NCBI GenBank assembly: GCA_965216465.1
Contig: CBDCFW010000001.1
Location: 224,001 to 288,000 of the forward strand
Length of the DNA: 64,000 nt
Direction: 5' to 3'
From: Bacteroidia bacterium
GTDB lineage: Bacteria; Bacteroidota; Bacteroidia; NS11-12g; UBA9320
Below, piece after piece: positions 61,633 to 64,000 of this stretch. A program made the translations under genes and the position numbers. Position 1 is the stretch's first letter. Every line of letters begins with the position of its first letter. The notes under the pieces are model-generated. The model worked only from the letters and a program-made list of their open reading frames with translations, had not been told where the DNA came from and searched no databases.

Positions 61633-62163
61633 TTACTTACTCCAGAGAAGCAGGTAATTGTCGTGTTTATCTTCAATCTCTTGACCCTTTATTTCTGCAG
61701 AATCATAAGAGATGTATTTTATTTTTTTACCCAATTTTATTTGGGCTTTTTCAACCAGCTCAAACAGATATTTCTTATCGATGTCGCCTACAAAGACTAA
61801 ATCAATTATTTCGCTGTTTAATCCTTTAGCCAAGTTTCCTACTACATACACTTTTTCTAAGTCTCCTAGATTTTCGATTACTTTTTCGATGATTTTATCT
61901 AATCCAGTAAACTTCAGTAAAATGTTGTGAATGTCGTTGAATAAAGGATGGCTGGTATTGGCTTGAAATATCTTCTTATTCCCTTTTAAGTTCGAATTCA
62001 AGAGACCGGCTTTCTCAAACTTGTTGAGTTCCAGACGAATGGCGTTACTTGACTCTCCAAATTCAGACTCTAATCCCCTTAAATATGAACTATTGCTACT
62101 GTTTAAAAAGAACTTCAACAGTAATTTTATTCGTGTCTTCGAAGATATTAAGGTTTCAATCAT
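61633..62163 (-). CDS. Winged-helix (ArsR-like) regulator with degenerate minimal nucleotidyltransferase-like C-terminal domain
   Basis: N-terminal SKTRIKLL...YLRGL..EFGES.NAIR.EL..FEKAGLL; C-terminal VYVVGNLAKG...IDLVFVG. Confidence 0.72.
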   Translation of the reverse strand: MIETLISSKTRIKLLLKFFLNSSNSSYLRGLESEFGESSNAIRLELNKFEKAGLLNSNLKGNKKIFQANTSHPLFNDIHNILLKFTGLDKIIEKVIENLGDLEKVYVVGNLAKGLNSEIIDLVFVGDIDKKYLFELVEKAQIKLGKKIKYISYDSAEIKGQEIEDKHDNYLLLWSK

Positions 62164-62170
62164 AAGCCTT

Positions 62171-62193
62171 ATTGAGTAGCAAAACTACTCAAT
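62171..62193. promoter_or_regulatory. Perfect 9-bp inverted repeat (putative operator) overlapping a -7 element
   Basis: ATTGAGTAG-CAAAA-CTACTCAAT; contains minus-strand TAGTTTTG (62180-62187) just upstream of the regulator ATG. Confidence 0.65.
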
Positions 62194-63231
62194 TTTATAA
62201 TATTTTTTATACCATTCTATAAATTTATTGATGCCTTCTTGCACCGTTGTTTCGGGTTTAAAGCCAATGTAGTCGTACAATGCCGATACTTCTGCGTAGG
62301 TCGCACGAACATCTCCAGGCTGCATCCCCATGAAGTTCTTTTTTGCTTCAATTCCTAACGCCTTTTCAATAGCTTCGATATATTCCATCAGTCCAACTGG
62401 ACTGTTGTTGCCTATATTGTATATGCTATAAGGTGCAGAGCTTGATTCTGTGCTGGTGTTTTTTGCATCCCAATCAGGACGCTCATGAGGTGGTTTAACA
62501 AGCAGTTTTGAAATCGCTGTTACGATATCGCCGACATAAGTAAAGTCGCGCATCATCTTTCCTTCACCAAATACATTAATAGGTTTGTCTTTAATCATTG
62601 CATCTGCAAACAAGAATAACGCCATGTCTGGCCTTCCCCATGGACCATAAACCGTAAAGAAACGCAAGCCTGTTGTTGGAATCTTAAATAAATGCGAATA
62701 CGAATGTGCCATTAATTCATTGGCTTTTTTCGTTGCAGCGTAAAGTGCCATTGGGTGATCAGTACACGAAGAAGTTTTAAACGGAAGATCTTCGTTTAAT
62801 CCATATACTGAACTGGTCGACGCATAAACTAAATGCTTAACCGGGTTTGCTCTACATGCCTCAAGAATACTCAAGAAACCATTTACATTACTATCTAAAT
62901 AGGTATCTGGATTTTCAAGAGAGTAGCGTACACCAGCTTGTGCGGCAAGATTAATCACATAATCAAATTTCTGTTCGTTAAACAGATTCATTACAGACTC
63001 TCGGTCTTCAAGCTTAAGTTGAATGAAATCTATGTCTCCTTCAACATAGTTTCCGTATGCAATTTGATCTACATTTACACCTTGCAATTTTAGTCGCTCG
63101 TATTTCAAGTTGACATCGTAATAATCGTTGATCATATCAAGACCAACAACTTTATACCCTGCTCTATGCAAAAGCGTAGCAAGGTGATGGCCAATAAATC
63201 CAGCCGTTCCTGTTACAAGTACCTTCTCCAT
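62185..63231 (-). CDS. UDP-glucuronate 4-epimerase (Uge/CapI family)
   Basis: TGTAGFIG, NDYYD..LK, LAAQAGVRYS, YAATKKANE, RFFTVYGPWGRPDMA, MQPGDV. Confidence 0.92.
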   Translation of the reverse strand: MEKVLVTGTAGFIGHHLATLLHRAGYKVVGLDMINDYYDVNLKYERLKLQGVNVDQIAYGNYVEGDIDFIQLKLEDRESVMNLFNEQKFDYVINLAAQAGVRYSLENPDTYLDSNVNGFLSILEACRANPVKHLVYASTSSVYGLNEDLPFKTSSCTDHPMALYAATKKANELMAHSYSHLFKIPTTGLRFFTVYGPWGRPDMALFLFADAMIKDKPINVFGEGKMMRDFTYVGDIVTAISKLLVKPPHERPDWDAKNTSTESSSAPYSIYNIGNNSPVGLMEYIEAIEKALGIEAKKNFMGMQPGDVRATYAEVSALYDYIGFKPETTVQEGINKFIEWYKKYYKIE

Positions 63232-63998
63232 TATAATCTTGCGTCTACTTCATTTTTGTCTAATACAGCTTTAATATCAAACACTATAGCATCAGCCGTT
63301 TTGATATCAGATAAATCTAAATTGATGAACTTATCGTGAGCAACGGCTAAAACTACTGCCTTGTATTTGTCTTTAATTTCATCGATGAGGTTTATACCAT
63401 ATTCATGGTTAACCTCGTTGGCATTTGCCCAAGGATCAAAAACGTCAACCTCCACTCCAAAATCCGTAAGCTCGTTGTATACATCAATTGCTTTTGAATT
63501 TCTGATGTCTGGGCAATTTTCTTTAAATGTGATTCCGAGCATAAGAGCCTTTGAATCTTTAATTACATGCCCTTTATCGATCATTAGTTTGATAACCTTT
63601 TTGGCCACCTCTGCACCCATTGAATCATTAATTCTACGACCTGCTAATATTACTTCTGGATGGTAGCCTACTTCTTCAGCTTTAAAAGTCAAATAGTATG
63701 GATCAACACCAATACAATGGCCACCTACCAAACCTGGTTTGAAGGGTAAAAAATTCCATTTTGTTCCAGCGGCTTCTAAAACAGAAGACGTATCAATATC
63801 AAGTTTTTCAAAGATTAGAGACAGTTCATTTACGAAAGCTATATTAATGTCACGTTGGCAATTCTCTATCACCTTAGCAGCTTCTGCCACCTTAAGTGAT
63901 GCAGCTTTAAACGTACCCGCTGTAATAACAGAAGAATATAACTCATCTACTAAATCTGCTATTTCTGGAGTGGACCCTGAGGTTACTTTTTTGATTTT
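63231..63998 (-). CDS. UDP-HexNAc 6-dehydrogenase (WbpO/TviB family), 3' part; starts outside the window
   Basis: KKVTSGS, AEAAKVIEN.QRD.NIA, PGLVGGHCIGVDPYY, FKENCPDIRNS; frame open to the window edge. Confidence 0.92.
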   Translation of the reverse strand, partial: KIKKVTSGSTPEIADLVDELYSSVITAGTFKAASLKVAEAAKVIENCQRDINIAFVNELSLIFEKLDIDTSSVLEAAGTKWNFLPFKPGLVGGHCIGVDPYYLTFKAEEVGYHPEVILAGRRINDSMGAEVAKKVIKLMIDKGHVIKDSKALMLGITFKENCPDIRNSKAIDVYNELTDFGVEVDVFDPWANANEVNHEYGINLIDEIKDKYKAVVLAVAHDKFINLDLSDIKTADAIVFDIKAVLDKNEVDARL

Positions 63999-64000
63999 TG

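Noticed and set aside
61633-62163. MNT-HEPN toxin-antitoxin interpretation of the wHTH protein
   Set aside because: No adjacent HEPN gene, and the NTase motif is degenerate.

Overview
The window is almost entirely one ~63-kb, tightly packed, minus-strand surface-polysaccharide locus. It comes from an AT-rich bacterium that looks like Bacteroidota (TAnnTTTG -7 promoter motifs, large SLBB exporter plus Wzz pairs, monofunctional proline dehydrogenase). In transcription order (right to left): (1) a precursor block with a WbpO/TviB-type dehydrogenase, UDP-GlcA epimerase, a wHTH regulator, DUF2061, cysC-cysD-cysN, rmlB, wbpE/wbpB-like genes, rmlA and wecE; (2) module A with SLBB+Wzz, dTDP-3-amino-sugar genes, a sulfotransferase, Wzx, glycosyltransferases, glf, TupA ATP-grasp, FkbM, CapA, an EpsG-type Wzy and cysQ; (3) module B with a second SLBB+Wzz, a legionaminic-acid-type cluster carrying a formyltransferase and an atypical second NeuB, two sulfotransferases, Wzx, an unexplained cytidylyltransferase/2-hydroxyacid dehydrogenase/SDR/HAD/6-phosphogluconolactonase cassette, Wzy, glycosyltransferases and PglC/D/E-like genes; (4) a GT4 with no canonical start codon, a GDP-mannose 3,5-epimerase-like gene frameshifted in an A7 tract, and the start of proline dehydrogenase. 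The best leads are a candidate new CMP-2-keto-aldonic-acid pathway, dedicated sulfation of two polysaccharides, and a wHTH-nucleotidyltransferase-fold regulator with a perfect palindrome over its promoter. No RNA genes, mobile elements or CRISPR arrays were seen. All product calls come from motif recognition by eye, not from database searches.
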